Source of the DNA: a virus
Lineage: Duplodnaviria > Caudoviricetes
IMG/VR virus record: IMGVR_UViG_2862465376_000001
Coordinates: 32,001-96,000 of that record
DNA length: 64,000 bases
Strand: one strand, 5' to 3'
Shown piece by piece: positions 27,440 to 36,610 of this stretch. The position numbers were made by a program, and so were the translations under genes. How positions within the stretch are numbered: position 1 is the stretch's first letter; every line of letters starts with the position of its first letter. The notes under the pieces were generated by a model. That model worked only from the letters and a program-made list of their open reading frames with translations, was not told where the DNA came from and searched no databases.

Positions 27440-27741
27440 GCGAAGCCGCCCCCTGAGTCTCTGGCCGGAGCGCGGGAGCGGCTTCTCTTCCAACAACGCG
27501 ACCAGCTGGGCCGGTCCTGGGGGCAAGGCTACGGGGTCTCGTACTGGTCTGTCAGCAGAATGACGCGGGGCCAGGCTCCCGGTCTGCCCCGGGTCACCTG
27601 GCCCCACTTGCAGCCGCCCACGGCAGCTGCCTCTGCTCTCATGGTAGCGGCCCGCCCTACGTTCTTCGGCACGGGCGGGCCGCTCAGCCGGACGAAGGCC
27701 GACTCCCAACGACGGGAAGCGCCCTCAGCGTAGCGGGGCTC

Positions 27742-27776
27742 GTGTCTCCTCGTCCGCCATTCGCCCCAAGGGGCGG
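27742..27776 (+). promoter_or_regulatory. Candidate late promoter motif
   Basis: GTGTCT-N20-AAGGGGCGG. Confidence 0.45.
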
Positions 27777-27778
27777 AG

Positions 27779-30259
27779 GTGGTCCTGATTCCGAACTTCG
27801 TGAGTGCGCCGGGCGTGAAGGTCTACATCGCGACGGAGAAGCACGGGATCATCGACGTCTCCGACGACCTGGTCGACGGTGAGCTGGTCCGTCGCTCCGA
27901 CGGCGTCTCCACGTTCCGGTTCGCCCTGCAGAACGCGCGCCGGAAGTACGACGGGGTGCTCACGCCGAACGACCGCATCAGCGTGCAGATGAAGCGGCTG
28001 AAGTGGGTCCAGGTCTTCACCGGCTACCTCAACAAAGTGCCGCTGGTGACCGCGTGGCCGCGCGTCGTCCACGTGACCGCCTCGTGCAGCCTCAAGCGCC
28101 TGCAGTACTGGTTCTGGGACTCTCACGCCGAGGCCTCGCAGGCCATGGTCCGCCAGGCCCTCTCGGACGCGGCCAAGGACAACACCATCTCCGACGGCGG
28201 CATGACCAACGTCGTCCTGACGATCCTGAAGAAGGTCGTCGGCTGGCCGGAGTCGAAGGTGCACATCGCCCGGATCCCCGGGAACTGGTACTCGGTCATC
28301 GAGGCCCTGGCCAAGCAGATCAACGCCGAGCTGGACGAGGCCGACGAGGTCGCGCGGACCCTCCTCGAATCGCTGGGCACCGCGTCCGTGGGAGCGGGGG
28401 GCGCCGACGCGTCCGCCCTGACGGGGACGTACGGCGGGTTCAACAGCTCCGAGCAGAAGTCGAACGCGGCGACGATCTACTCCGTCGGCAAGCAGCGCGG
28501 GGCGTCGACCCGGGACTGCATCATCGCGATCATGACGGCGATGCAGGAGTCCGGCCTGAACAACCTCACCCACGGCGACCGGGACTCCGTCGGCCTGTTC
28601 CAGCAGCGCCCGAGCCAGGGCTGGGGCACCCGGGAGCAGATCATGAACCCCGAGTACGCGGCGGGGAAGTTCTACGAGACACTCTTCAAGCTCAAGGGCC
28701 GCGACCGGCTGGAGATGTGGGAGGTCTGCCAGAAGGTCCAGCGCTCTGCCTTCCCCCGCGCGTACGAGAAGCATGAGAAGCCCGCGACCGCGATGGTCCG
28801 CGACCTGGAGAAGGGCGGCGGGTCGAAGGACGCCCTTGACTCGAAGCCGCAGGGCACCATCAGCGGTGTGGCCCTCGCGCAGCTCGCGGTGAACTTCTGC
28901 AAGAAGTACCCGTCGATCCCGTACACCCAGCAGTACGGCGGCACCCAGATGAGCATCCTGAAGGCCGAGCCGCCGCCCGGCCTGGACTGCTCCAGCTTCA
29001 TCCAGGCCATGTACCTGCGCGGGCTGGGGGCGCTGTACAACGTGCCGCGCGTCGCCTCCGCCCAGTACGCCTTCTGCAAAAAAATCTCGGTCAAGACGGC
29101 TCTGGACACGCCGGGCGCGCTCCTCTTCAAGGGCTCCAGCCCGAGCGGGATCCACCACGTCGAGATGAGCCTGGGCAACGGCAAGGACACGATCGGCGCG
29201 CACAGCAGGCGGGCCAACCCGAACGTCGGTGTCGGTCCGACCCTGCCTGCCTCGTACTGGGACTACGGCGGCTTCCTGCCGCGCATCTCCTACACCACCG
29301 GCGCGGGCGGGGTCATCTTCGGGGAGAACGACGGCGGCACCGAGATCCCGGAGCCGACCGACCCGGGCGTCGAGCTGGTCACCGGCGCCGACGCGCCCGG
29401 CTACAACCCGGACGACCCCTTCGACAAGATGTTCGGCGACAACGCGTGGCTGCCGATCAGCACCGCCGAGAACGACCCGAACTACTTCATCGCGCAGGCC
29501 CTGGTCGGTCCGCGCGCGCTCCTCAACGACCAGCCGCTGCTGCCGTACCTGAAGAACCTCTTCAACTCGACGATGCGCTCGTTCTGCTCGGCCCCGAACG
29601 GCGACCTGATCGCCTGGTACCCGGACTACTACGGGATGTGGGGCACGGCCGCGAAGATGGTGATCGAGCCGATCGAGGTCCAGGACTTCGAGGTGTCCTG
29701 GAGCGACGACTACATGGTCACGCACCAGTTCGCCGTGACGGCACCGCTGGGCGGCAACCTCTTCGACCCGGCGACCGGCACGGTGCAGAGTTCCGTCGGC
29801 GAGAGCTACCTGGCCCAGGCCGCCATCCTCACCAGCGGTGTGGTGACGATCGACTTCCCGGGCGTGTGGAAGGCCCTCTTCGGGATGGACATGTCCGAGA
29901 AGGAGGCGGAGGAGTACGCGAACTGGATCAAGCAGCGGTTCGGCGCCCGGCCGGACTACCAGCAGCTGCCCGGCCTGGTCGGCCCGAAGGCCCAGTTCTT
30001 CTCCGCCATCTTCCTGTTCCTGCGCCAGTTCGCCTACCAGTACAGCGCGTCGATCCCGCTGACGTGGATGCCGGAGGTGTGGCCGGGGATGCTGCTGCAG
30101 TTCCCCGCCTTCAACTTCCAGGCGTACGTGACGACGGTGACGCACTCCTTCAAGTTCGGCGAGAGCGGCTACTTCAACACCTCGGTCCAGGTGGCCGCTC
30201 CGGCCCGGCTCACGGGCGGCAAGAAGCTCCTCGGCCTGCCGATGGCGGGAGGCAACTGA
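27779..30259 (+). CDS. Baseplate hub protein with inserted lysozyme-like and NlpC/P60 domains
   Basis: AMQESGL...DSVGLFQQRPSQGWG...VQRSAFP (lysozyme-like) and GLDCSSF...HHVEM...IGAH (NlpC/P60). Confidence 0.85.
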   Translation: MVLIPNFVSAPGVKVYIATEKHGIIDVSDDLVDGELVRRSDGVSTFRFALQNARRKYDGVLTPNDRISVQMKRLKWVQVFTGYLNKVPLVTAWPRVVHVTASCSLKRLQYWFWDSHAEASQAMVRQALSDAAKDNTISDGGMTNVVLTILKKVVGWPESKVHIARIPGNWYSVIEALAKQINAELDEADEVARTLLESLGTASVGAGGADASALTGTYGGFNSSEQKSNAATIYSVGKQRGASTRDCIIAIMTAMQESGLNNLTHGDRDSVGLFQQRPSQGWGTREQIMNPEYAAGKFYETLFKLKGRDRLEMWEVCQKVQRSAFPRAYEKHEKPATAMVRDLEKGGGSKDALDSKPQGTISGVALAQLAVNFCKKYPSIPYTQQYGGTQMSILKAEPPPGLDCSSFIQAMYLRGLGALYNVPRVASAQYAFCKKISVKTALDTPGALLFKGSSPSGIHHVEMSLGNGKDTIGAHSRRANPNVGVGPTLPASYWDYGGFLPRISYTTGAGGVIFGENDGGTEIPEPTDPGVELVTGADAPGYNPDDPFDKMFGDNAWLPISTAENDPNYFIAQALVGPRALLNDQPLLPYLKNLFNSTMRSFCSAPNGDLIAWYPDYYGMWGTAAKMVIEPIEVQDFEVSWSDDYMVTHQFAVTAPLGGNLFDPATGTVQSSVGESYLAQAAILTSGVVTIDFPGVWKALFGMDMSEKEAEEYANWIKQRFGARPDYQQLPGLVGPKAQFFSAIFLFLRQFAYQYSASIPLTWMPEVWPGMLLQFPAFNFQAYVTTVTHSFKFGESGYFNTSVQVAAPARLTGGKKLLGLPMAGGN

Positions 30260-30507
30260 TGATGCCGATGCGCGGCCCCGGCAACGCGGCCTCCTACGGC
30301 CTGGGCTGGACCATCAAGCAGGTCAAGGTGAAGGAGATCCTCCCCGAGAAGCGGATGGCCATCTGCATCGACACCGAGGGCCAGTACCTGGAGGCCACCA
30401 CGGCCATCCACCGCACCGGCATCGAGCTGGAGGTCGGCCAGACCTGGGTCGTCGACCGGACCTACGGGGTCTGGTCCTTCGCCGCGAGGCTGGAGTTCGG
30501 GGCATAA
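30259..30507 (+). CDS. Small baseplate / spike-associated protein
   Basis: TGATG coupling to the hub gene; OB-fold-like beta pattern. Confidence 0.55.
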   Translation: MMPMRGPGNAASYGLGWTIKQVKVKEILPEKRMAICIDTEGQYLEATTAIHRTGIELEVGQTWVVDRTYGVWSFAARLEFGA

Positions 30508-30524
30508 GGAGGGGCGGCCGAATT

Positions 30525-30582
30525 CTGTGACATGCATGTCACAGTTTCCGACCGCCCCAGATCTGTGACATGCATGTCACAG
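30525..30582. repeat. Two identical perfect 20-bp palindromes (candidate centromere, parS)
   Basis: CTGTGACATGCATGTCACAG at 30525-30544 and 30563-30582, just downstream of the parA operon. Confidence 0.85.
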
Positions 30583-30589
30583 AATCAGG

Positions 30590-31477
30590 TCAGCCTCCGA
30601 GCAGCCCTTCGGCCTCGGCCACCCGCTTCTTCATCTCGTCCACGTACTCCTGCGCGGACTGCCGGTCGCCGACCTTCACCAGCTCCTTGAGCAGCCCCAA
30701 GTCGATCTTTCCTGCGGCGCGGGCCTCCCTGAGGCGTTCCGAGACGGGGCGCGGCTGGCGTCCTTCAATCGCCTTTGGCTCCTGAGCAGCGAGAGCAGTA
30801 GCGTCCATGAGGCGACGCAGGCTCTTCACGGCTCCCACGGTCACTGGCCCCTTGGCTGCCAACTCGACGTATTTCTCCCGCAGGAGGGCCGGGTCGTCCT
30901 TGCCCAGGGTGTAGAGCTGCTCCACGACCAGCTGGGCCAGAGGAGACTCAACAAGGCCTTCGAGTGCCGAGTAGACGACGTGATGCCGAATCGCGCGGTA
31001 GTAGATGTGCCGCTCGAACCCGATGGACTTGGCGAACTTCTCGACGGACTTGTGACCGCCCGCCTTGTAGCTCCCCTTCTTCTGGACCTCGGAGAACCAG
31101 CGCCCCGTGATGATCCAGTAGTTGGCCTCCAGCCGGGCAAACCTGTCTCCGGCTGCCTCACCGACCTTGCGGATCTGACGTTCCGCATAGGCAAGGTGCT
31201 GAAGGTCACTGATGTCCTTCGGCGCCGGAACGTACGTGAAGGGGTCCTCCGGCTCGGGATCGTGCACGATACCTTCGATCGGCGCCGGAGCAGCCGGGTT
31301 GGGCACCTGGGGCTCCTCGGCCGTGGCACCTGTTCCGGCGGTTTCGGAAGGCGCCTCTTCTCCACGCCGGGCGACCGGCTTTCCTGCGGCTCTGCGGGCG
31401 GCTGCGGCCTGGGCTCCCCGGCCGCCGAACTTGGCTGCGGCGGGACTCTTCCCGCCGCTCTTGGCTGCGGTACTCAC
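30590..31477 (-). CDS. ParA partner, putative centromere-binding protein
   Basis: GTGA overlap with the parA stop; basic disordered N-terminus and helical HTH-like core; no GxxR ParB motif. Confidence 0.65.
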   Translation of the reverse strand: MSTAAKSGGKSPAAAKFGGRGAQAAAARRAAGKPVARRGEEAPSETAGTGATAEEPQVPNPAAPAPIEGIVHDPEPEDPFTYVPAPKDISDLQHLAYAERQIRKVGEAAGDRFARLEANYWIITGRWFSEVQKKGSYKAGGHKSVEKFAKSIGFERHIYYRAIRHHVVYSALEGLVESPLAQLVVEQLYTLGKDDPALLREKYVELAAKGPVTVGAVKSLRRLMDATALAAQEPKAIEGRQPRPVSERLREARAAGKIDLGLLKELVKVGDRQSAQEYVDEMKKRVAEAEGLLGG

Positions 31478-32268
31478 GCGACCTCGTCCTCCTCTTCGAT
31501 GATGCCCTTCATGGCGTGACGGACCAGAAGTCCCCACTCCTCCAGATCGCCCCTCTTCGGCATAACGTTCCAGGACCGACCGTGGTGGGGGGCCTTGCTG
31601 ATGTCGAAGTAGGGGTCGAGGAAGGGCGGAGGCACGAAGTCCTCGTCCTCGTCACTGAGGTCCTCCGCCATCGCCTCACGCTCCTCCTCGGCGAGGGTGG
31701 AGGTGAAATCACACCTCGTGAAGAAGTTGTAGACCGAGAGGCCCTCCTGGTTGAGGATCGCCGCGCTGGCGGCCGTCTGCAGGGTCGCCTGAATGCGGTC
31801 GGTCTCCCACCCAGACGGCGCGCTGGGCATGAGCAGCAGGCGTGCCTGCGCGCACAGGTCGATGAAGGTCTCCTTGTCGCCTCCTCCGAGGTCGACAATG
31901 ACCACGTCGTGCTTCTCCCGGAGCGGCCGGAGTCGCTTCTTCAGGGAGATGGCATCCGGCCCCGTGGAAGGGTGCACCACCAGCTTGAACGGGATCTTGT
32001 CGCCCATCCTCTTGTGCATGGCGTACCAGCGGGCGATGGACTGCGAGTTGTCGTCGGTGTCGACCACGACCACGTCGAGGCCCAGCACCAGGGAGAAGTA
32101 GAGGGCGAGGTAGAGCACAGTGGTGCTCTTGCCAGTGCCGCCCTTCAAGATTCCGACGCCGATGACGAAGCCTCGGCGGGTCTTCACCCACTTCACGATG
32201 GCCTGGATGGGGGCGATGAGTCGGCGCAGTTCCTTCTCACTGTCCGGCTTGTGTCTCCAGTTGGACAT
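31474..32268 (-). CDS. parA: ParA-family partition ATPase
   Basis: Deviant Walker A LKGGTGKST, VVVVDTD, VVIVDLGG. Confidence 0.9.
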   Translation of the reverse strand: MSNWRHKPDSEKELRRLIAPIQAIVKWVKTRRGFVIGVGILKGGTGKSTTVLYLALYFSLVLGLDVVVVDTDDNSQSIARWYAMHKRMGDKIPFKLVVHPSTGPDAISLKKRLRPLREKHDVVIVDLGGGDKETFIDLCAQARLLLMPSAPSGWETDRIQATLQTAASAAILNQEGLSVYNFFTRCDFTSTLAEEEREAMAEDLSDEDEDFVPPPFLDPYFDISKAPHHGRSWNVMPKRGDLEEWGLLVRHAMKGIIEEEDEVA

Positions 32269-32339
32269 GTTTTCAACTCCTAGGCGGGATGACGCCCCAC
32301 ATCTTGCCGTACGGCACTGCGTCCGTGGGCCAGGAGGCC

Positions 32340-32374
32340 GTGTTTCGGGCCGGATCGGCGCCAGAAAGGGGTGA
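32340..32374 (+). promoter_or_regulatory. Candidate late promoter motif
   Basis: GTGTTT-N20-AAGGGGTGA. Confidence 0.55.
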
Positions 32375-32385
32375 GGAGGTGGCCC

Positions 32386-32814
32386 ATGAAGACGCTGGCG
32401 CTCGTTGGCGGAGACCTGGCCCTCGGTGAGGGCGGCTACCGGACGGTCACGGGTGCGCCCCGGATCCGGCAGGACCTGGGCCTGGCGCTTGCCGAGCCGT
32501 TCGGGCACGACCCGTACCACCCGGAGTTCGGCTCGGTGCTGGCCTCGCACATCGGTGAGCCGCTGACGGCCGAGCTGGAGCTGCTCGTGCGGTCGGAGAT
32601 CGTGCGGGTCATCCAGCAGTACGTGGACGCGCAGCAGGCGCAGATCGCGGCCGACGCGCTGTCCCGGTCACGGTCCCGGTTCAGCTACCAGGACGTGGTC
32701 AAGGAGGTCACGTCGATCAACACGGAGCTGCAGTACGACACGCTCAAGGTGACGATCGCGCTCAAGACCCAGTCCGGTGCGACGGTCAAGGTGCTTCGGA
32801 CGGTCACGACGTAG
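32386..32814 (+). CDS. Baseplate wedge protein (gp25/gpW-like)
   Basis: GHDPYHPEFGSVL motif; upstream of baseplate J. Confidence 0.8.
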   Translation: MKTLALVGGDLALGEGGYRTVTGAPRIRQDLGLALAEPFGHDPYHPEFGSVLASHIGEPLTAELELLVRSEIVRVIQQYVDAQQAQIAADALSRSRSRFSYQDVVKEVTSINTELQYDTLKVTIALKTQSGATVKVLRTVTT

Positions 32815-33205
32815 CCATGTCTCGCGCGAACCGCTCCAGCTCCTGCTCGGTGATCGGTTCGGGCCGGGGGCGGGCGATCACGTTCAGGGAGCCTGCCTGT
32901 TCCCCGCCGAGGATGTAGCCGTAGGCGACGAGGGCTGTGTCACGGGTCTCGTAGTGGCCGGGCAGGTACCCGTACCAGTCGCACGCCATGGTGAAGCTGT
33001 CGATCATGTCGCGGACACGGAGCTGGCCAAGGCGCGAAGAGGAAGCCGGGGAGTCCTCGTCGTCGCGCAGGTCTGGGCGCAGGAGGTCCTCCAGGTCGGC
33101 GACAGTGAGGGCCTCGCCGACGTAGGCGTCCAACGTGGCGCCTCCGCCTCCGAGACGGATACCGTGAGCGACCTTCTCGGCGTCGAAGTCTGCGTAGTCG
33201 GGCAT
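32804..33205 (-). CDS. Hypothetical accessory protein
   Basis: AAGGAG RBS; good codon bias. Confidence 0.65.
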   Translation of the reverse strand: MPDYADFDAEKVAHGIRLGGGGATLDAYVGEALTVADLEDLLRPDLRDDEDSPASSSRLGQLRVRDMIDSFTMACDWYGYLPGHYETRDTALVAYGYILGGEQAGSLNVIARPRPEPITEQELERFARDMATS

Positions 33206-33224
33206 GCTGCTGCTCCTTGTGAGG

Positions 33225-33286
33225 GGGGTCGGCGGGGACTCGAACCCCAGCTTGGTTTGATGCCATCGCCCGTATCTCCAGACCCC
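33225..33286 (-). ncRNA. tRNA-like element (degenerate: T-arm and acceptor stem present, D-arm absent)
   Basis: Minus strand GGGGTCTGG...TGG-CATCAAA-CCA-AGC-TGGGG-TTCGAGT-CCCCG-CCGACCCC. Confidence 0.5.
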
Positions 33287-33352
33287 ACGGTGGCGACCCG
33301 CAGGCGACCCATGAGCAACGTACGCGGCATCGGCCGCGTGGTCACGGAATTG

Positions 33353-33387
33353 CTGTGAGGAGCCTCCCGCTCGTCCTCAAGGGGTGA
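33353..33387 (+). promoter_or_regulatory. Candidate late promoter motif
   Basis: CTGTGA-N20-AAGGGGTGA. Confidence 0.6.
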
Positions 33388-33407
33388 CGAGAGGGAGGGC
33401 GCCGCGC

Positions 33408-35258
33408 ATGGGTGTTTCACGGGAGGACATCGTCACGCAGATGCGTGACGCGCTGCTGGTCTCCGACCCGGAGCTGGACACGTCCATCGGCACTCCGGCC
33501 CGGAAGATCCTGGACGCGGTCGCGGCCAGCCTGGCGGACGCCTACGTCGAGAACCACCTGCTGTCGTACGCCTACGACATCGACAGCAAGGTGGACCAGG
33601 ACTTGGACTCGTTCTGCCAGCTGTTCGGCATCGCCCGGATCCCGGCCCGGCGCGCGGTCGGCACGGTCACGTTCTCCCGGACCGGCGACCTGACCGCCAC
33701 GGTGTTCATCCCCGTGGGCACGGAGATCTCGTCGGCGGCGGACTCGGCGATCGTGGTCACCACGGTCACCGGCGGCACGCTCATGCCTGGGGTCACGTCG
33801 GTCACGGTGCCGGTCCAGGCGGTCACGGCCGGGCCGGAGGGCAACCTGGGGGCGGGGACGGCGACCCTGATCACGTCGCCGATCCAGGGGGTCAACTCGG
33901 TGGTCAACACGGCCGCCTTCACCGGGGGCACCTCGCGGGAGACCGACTCGGAGCTGCGGACCCGCTGGAAGTCCACGGTCTTCCGGTCGCTGGCCGGGAC
34001 CGAGCAGATGTACCGGGGCGTGGCCCTGGATGACACGGACTGCTACGCGGTGTCCGTGGTCGGCTCCTCCCGGACGCGGTCGGAGATCCTCCAGGTCCCG
34101 GTCAGCGGGGACGTGGTCTGCGAGATCGAGGACGCCCGGTACGTCTACTCGTCGCCGGTGCAGGTGACGAAGGCCGACGGCATCCCGCTGCTGAAGGACT
34201 ACGACTACGAGTGGATCCCGGCGAACCCGCCGCAGATCCGTGGGCTGTCGTCCACGTTCCCGGCGGCCGGTGAGCTGCTGACCGTGGACTACCAGTACCT
34301 GCCGGTGGTGAGCCGGAACGATCCGGACCAGAACATCACCAACCGGATCGACCTCTTCACCGGCGGCATCCGCGCGCAGGGGGCGCAGGCCAGCCTGGTC
34401 TTCCAGACCGAGAAGAAGTTCCAGACGGTGTCGACGCTGGACCTGTTCACCGGGGACTGGCTGCGCGCGGACCAGACGCGGCCGACGGCGGCCAACATCT
34501 TCGTGCCGCTGCCGTTCGGACCGATCCTGACGGTGCCGTCCACGCTGGTGGTCGGGGCGACGACGTACGGGCTGGCCACGAAGGCGAACCCGCTCGGGAC
34601 GATCGCGAACGGGGTGACGTACGCCTACCAGGTCGTGCACGAGGACACGGTGGAGGGCTGGACGCCGACGAGCCGGTTCGGTCTGGAGTGGCACCGTACC
34701 TACCTGCCCGCCGACGGCACGCCGCTGGCGGTGGGCAACGCGGGCGACTACACGTACAACGAGGTGCCCGCCTCGGTCCAGGACGCGGTCAACCGGTGGC
34801 GGCTGGTCGGGATCGACGCGAAGGTCCACCAGGCGAAGCAGCGGTGGCTCAGGTTCTCGCTCGGCGTGATGTACGCGGCGTCCTCCACGGGGGCGGTTGA
34901 CTCGGTCCAGGACTCGATCAGGACGGCCTTGAGTGACTACCTGAACCGGATGGACTTCAACTCCAGCATCCAGATCTCCGACGTCCTCGCGGTCATCCAC
35001 CAGGTGCCCGGGGTGGACAACGTCCGGCTGCTCCACGGCGGCGACGTGACCGGGTACAACCCGGCCAACCCGAACGCCTCGGTCGTCGGGATCCAGGAGA
35101 TCGTGCCGAACTCCTCCCCGGACTCGGCCGCGCTCAAGTCTCACGTCGAGGCGTCGACCGGCCGGGCCAAGGACGTCTACTTCCGCGACGACGAGCTGCC
35201 GGTCCTGGGCGGTATCGCCTTCAAGACCCTGGCCCGCAACAGCTTCGGAGTCCTGTGA
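33408..35258 (+). CDS. Baseplate J-like protein
   Basis: RAVGTVTFSR, VQAVTAGPEGN and FTGGTSRETDSELRTR motifs. Confidence 0.9.
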   Translation: MGVSREDIVTQMRDALLVSDPELDTSIGTPARKILDAVAASLADAYVENHLLSYAYDIDSKVDQDLDSFCQLFGIARIPARRAVGTVTFSRTGDLTATVFIPVGTEISSAADSAIVVTTVTGGTLMPGVTSVTVPVQAVTAGPEGNLGAGTATLITSPIQGVNSVVNTAAFTGGTSRETDSELRTRWKSTVFRSLAGTEQMYRGVALDDTDCYAVSVVGSSRTRSEILQVPVSGDVVCEIEDARYVYSSPVQVTKADGIPLLKDYDYEWIPANPPQIRGLSSTFPAAGELLTVDYQYLPVVSRNDPDQNITNRIDLFTGGIRAQGAQASLVFQTEKKFQTVSTLDLFTGDWLRADQTRPTAANIFVPLPFGPILTVPSTLVVGATTYGLATKANPLGTIANGVTYAYQVVHEDTVEGWTPTSRFGLEWHRTYLPADGTPLAVGNAGDYTYNEVPASVQDAVNRWRLVGIDAKVHQAKQRWLRFSLGVMYAASSTGAVDSVQDSIRTALSDYLNRMDFNSSIQISDVLAVIHQVPGVDNVRLLHGGDVTGYNPANPNASVVGIQEIVPNSSPDSAALKSHVEASTGRAKDVYFRDDELPVLGGIAFKTLARNSFGVL

Positions 35259-36595
35259 TGGCGACCGACGACCAGCTCCACCAGGGGCAGGGGAACTACG
35301 GCAGGGACGTGATCCCGGGCGGCCTGATCCCGCTCCAGGCCGACATCACCGTGCCGCAGTCCACGGCGCTGGCCAGCGGCACGGGCATGCTGGTGGCGGA
35401 CCTGGCCGTGTCCGAGCAGCTGCGGCACTTCCCGGAGGAGATCTACGACCTCCGGCCCACCTCGCACCTGGTGCGGCTGATGCAGGCCCTGCTCGGCGAC
35501 TCCGGTGTCGGGCAGCTCCGCAAGAGGCTTCTGATCGCGCAGCTGGAGAGCCTGTCGTCGTCCGGGGCCAGATTCTTTGATCTCGACCGGTTCTACGGTG
35601 CGCTGTTCGGTGCCACCAGGACCGGTGCTGAGCAGCTGCCGATCAACCCGATGGAGACGTCGACCGCCACGGCGGCGGAGTGGGACTCGATCGAGGCGGC
35701 CGACGCGAGCTTCCGGGACCGGATGACGGCGCTCGCGCACTCGATCGCCATGGGCGGGACGCTGCCGGGCCTGCAGGCGGCGGCCGAGGCCGTCACCGGT
35801 GTCGAGGCGGACATCTACGAGTCCTGGGCGCTGCTGGACGCTGCCGGGGACCCGGACGAGGCCGGGCACACCTGGGAGTGGATGGAGGGCGGCACCTGGG
35901 GCGAGTACGACGGCCAGATCTGGGGGACGCTGGAGGGCACGCCGTTCTACGGCCGGTCCGGTGTCCTGACCCGGTCGGAGGTCCTGGTCCGGGTCAACCG
36001 TGACTACGCGGCCACCCCGGCCGGACGGGCGCAGCGAGCGAGTGACGAGTCGGCCCTGGTGCGGGTCCTTGAGCGGGTCAAGCCCGCTCATGTCCTGCTC
36101 ACGGTCGACACTGACGGGGCTTCGGCGCTGGCGGCGCGGGGGATCGCCGGGGTGCGGGCCGACAGCGAGAACTGGGAGATCGTCACCCAGGTCACGCCCG
36201 GTCAAGTCCCCTTGGGCACGAACCCCTACCCGCTGTCGGCGGTGCAGGAGCAGGAGGGGGTTGACCCGGCCTCCGCGCGGGCGCTGCCGCGTCCGCCGCT
36301 GACGACGCGGCTGGGTGACGAGTGGTCGTACGGCTCGCAGATGCCAACCTGCCGTTCGTACGCGGTCAACCCTGATGACCCGACGAACTTCACCGAACCT
36401 GGAGCGGTCCCGGACCTCGGTCTTGACTCGCTTGACCAGACGGTGGTCTGGCGTGACGGGACGTCGACCGTCTACCGGGCGTCGCTGGGGGCCCTTGACC
36501 CGCTGCTGAGCCAGGCCGCGCGGGCGGGTGCCGACGGGGTGCTCGTCGCCAACGCCTACAGCGGCGACCGCCGCACTGTCCTTCCCACCGAGTAA
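35258..36595 (+). CDS. Baseplate wedge protein (gpI-like)
   Basis: GGTLPGLQAAAEAVTG and LERVKPAHV motifs; follows baseplate J. Confidence 0.7.
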   Translation: MATDDQLHQGQGNYGRDVIPGGLIPLQADITVPQSTALASGTGMLVADLAVSEQLRHFPEEIYDLRPTSHLVRLMQALLGDSGVGQLRKRLLIAQLESLSSSGARFFDLDRFYGALFGATRTGAEQLPINPMETSTATAAEWDSIEAADASFRDRMTALAHSIAMGGTLPGLQAAAEAVTGVEADIYESWALLDAAGDPDEAGHTWEWMEGGTWGEYDGQIWGTLEGTPFYGRSGVLTRSEVLVRVNRDYAATPAGRAQRASDESALVRVLERVKPAHVLLTVDTDGASALAARGIAGVRADSENWEIVTQVTPGQVPLGTNPYPLSAVQEQEGVDPASARALPRPPLTTRLGDEWSYGSQMPTCRSYAVNPDDPTNFTEPGAVPDLGLDSLDQTVVWRDGTSTVYRASLGALDPLLSQAARAGADGVLVANAYSGDRRTVLPTE

Positions 36596-36610
36596 GCCGT
36601 AGGGGATCTC

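Noticed and set aside
27440-27740. Gene in the gap before the hub protein
   Set aside because: Only a ~37-codon minus-strand ORF with weak bias; possibly a remnant, not supportable
30525-30582. Mini CRISPR array
   Set aside because: Only two repeats, each fully palindromic, with an 18-bp spacer and no cas genes; the location fits a partition site
33225-33286. Functional selenocysteine or opal suppressor tRNA, or an attachment site
   Set aside because: No D-arm, long variable arm, U33 or CCA, and no integrase or duplicated copy in the window; kept only as tRNA-like
36576-36608. CTGTCC...TAGGGGATC as a motif copy
   Set aside because: The spacer is 18 nt rather than 20-21 and the right box is poor; likely an RBS
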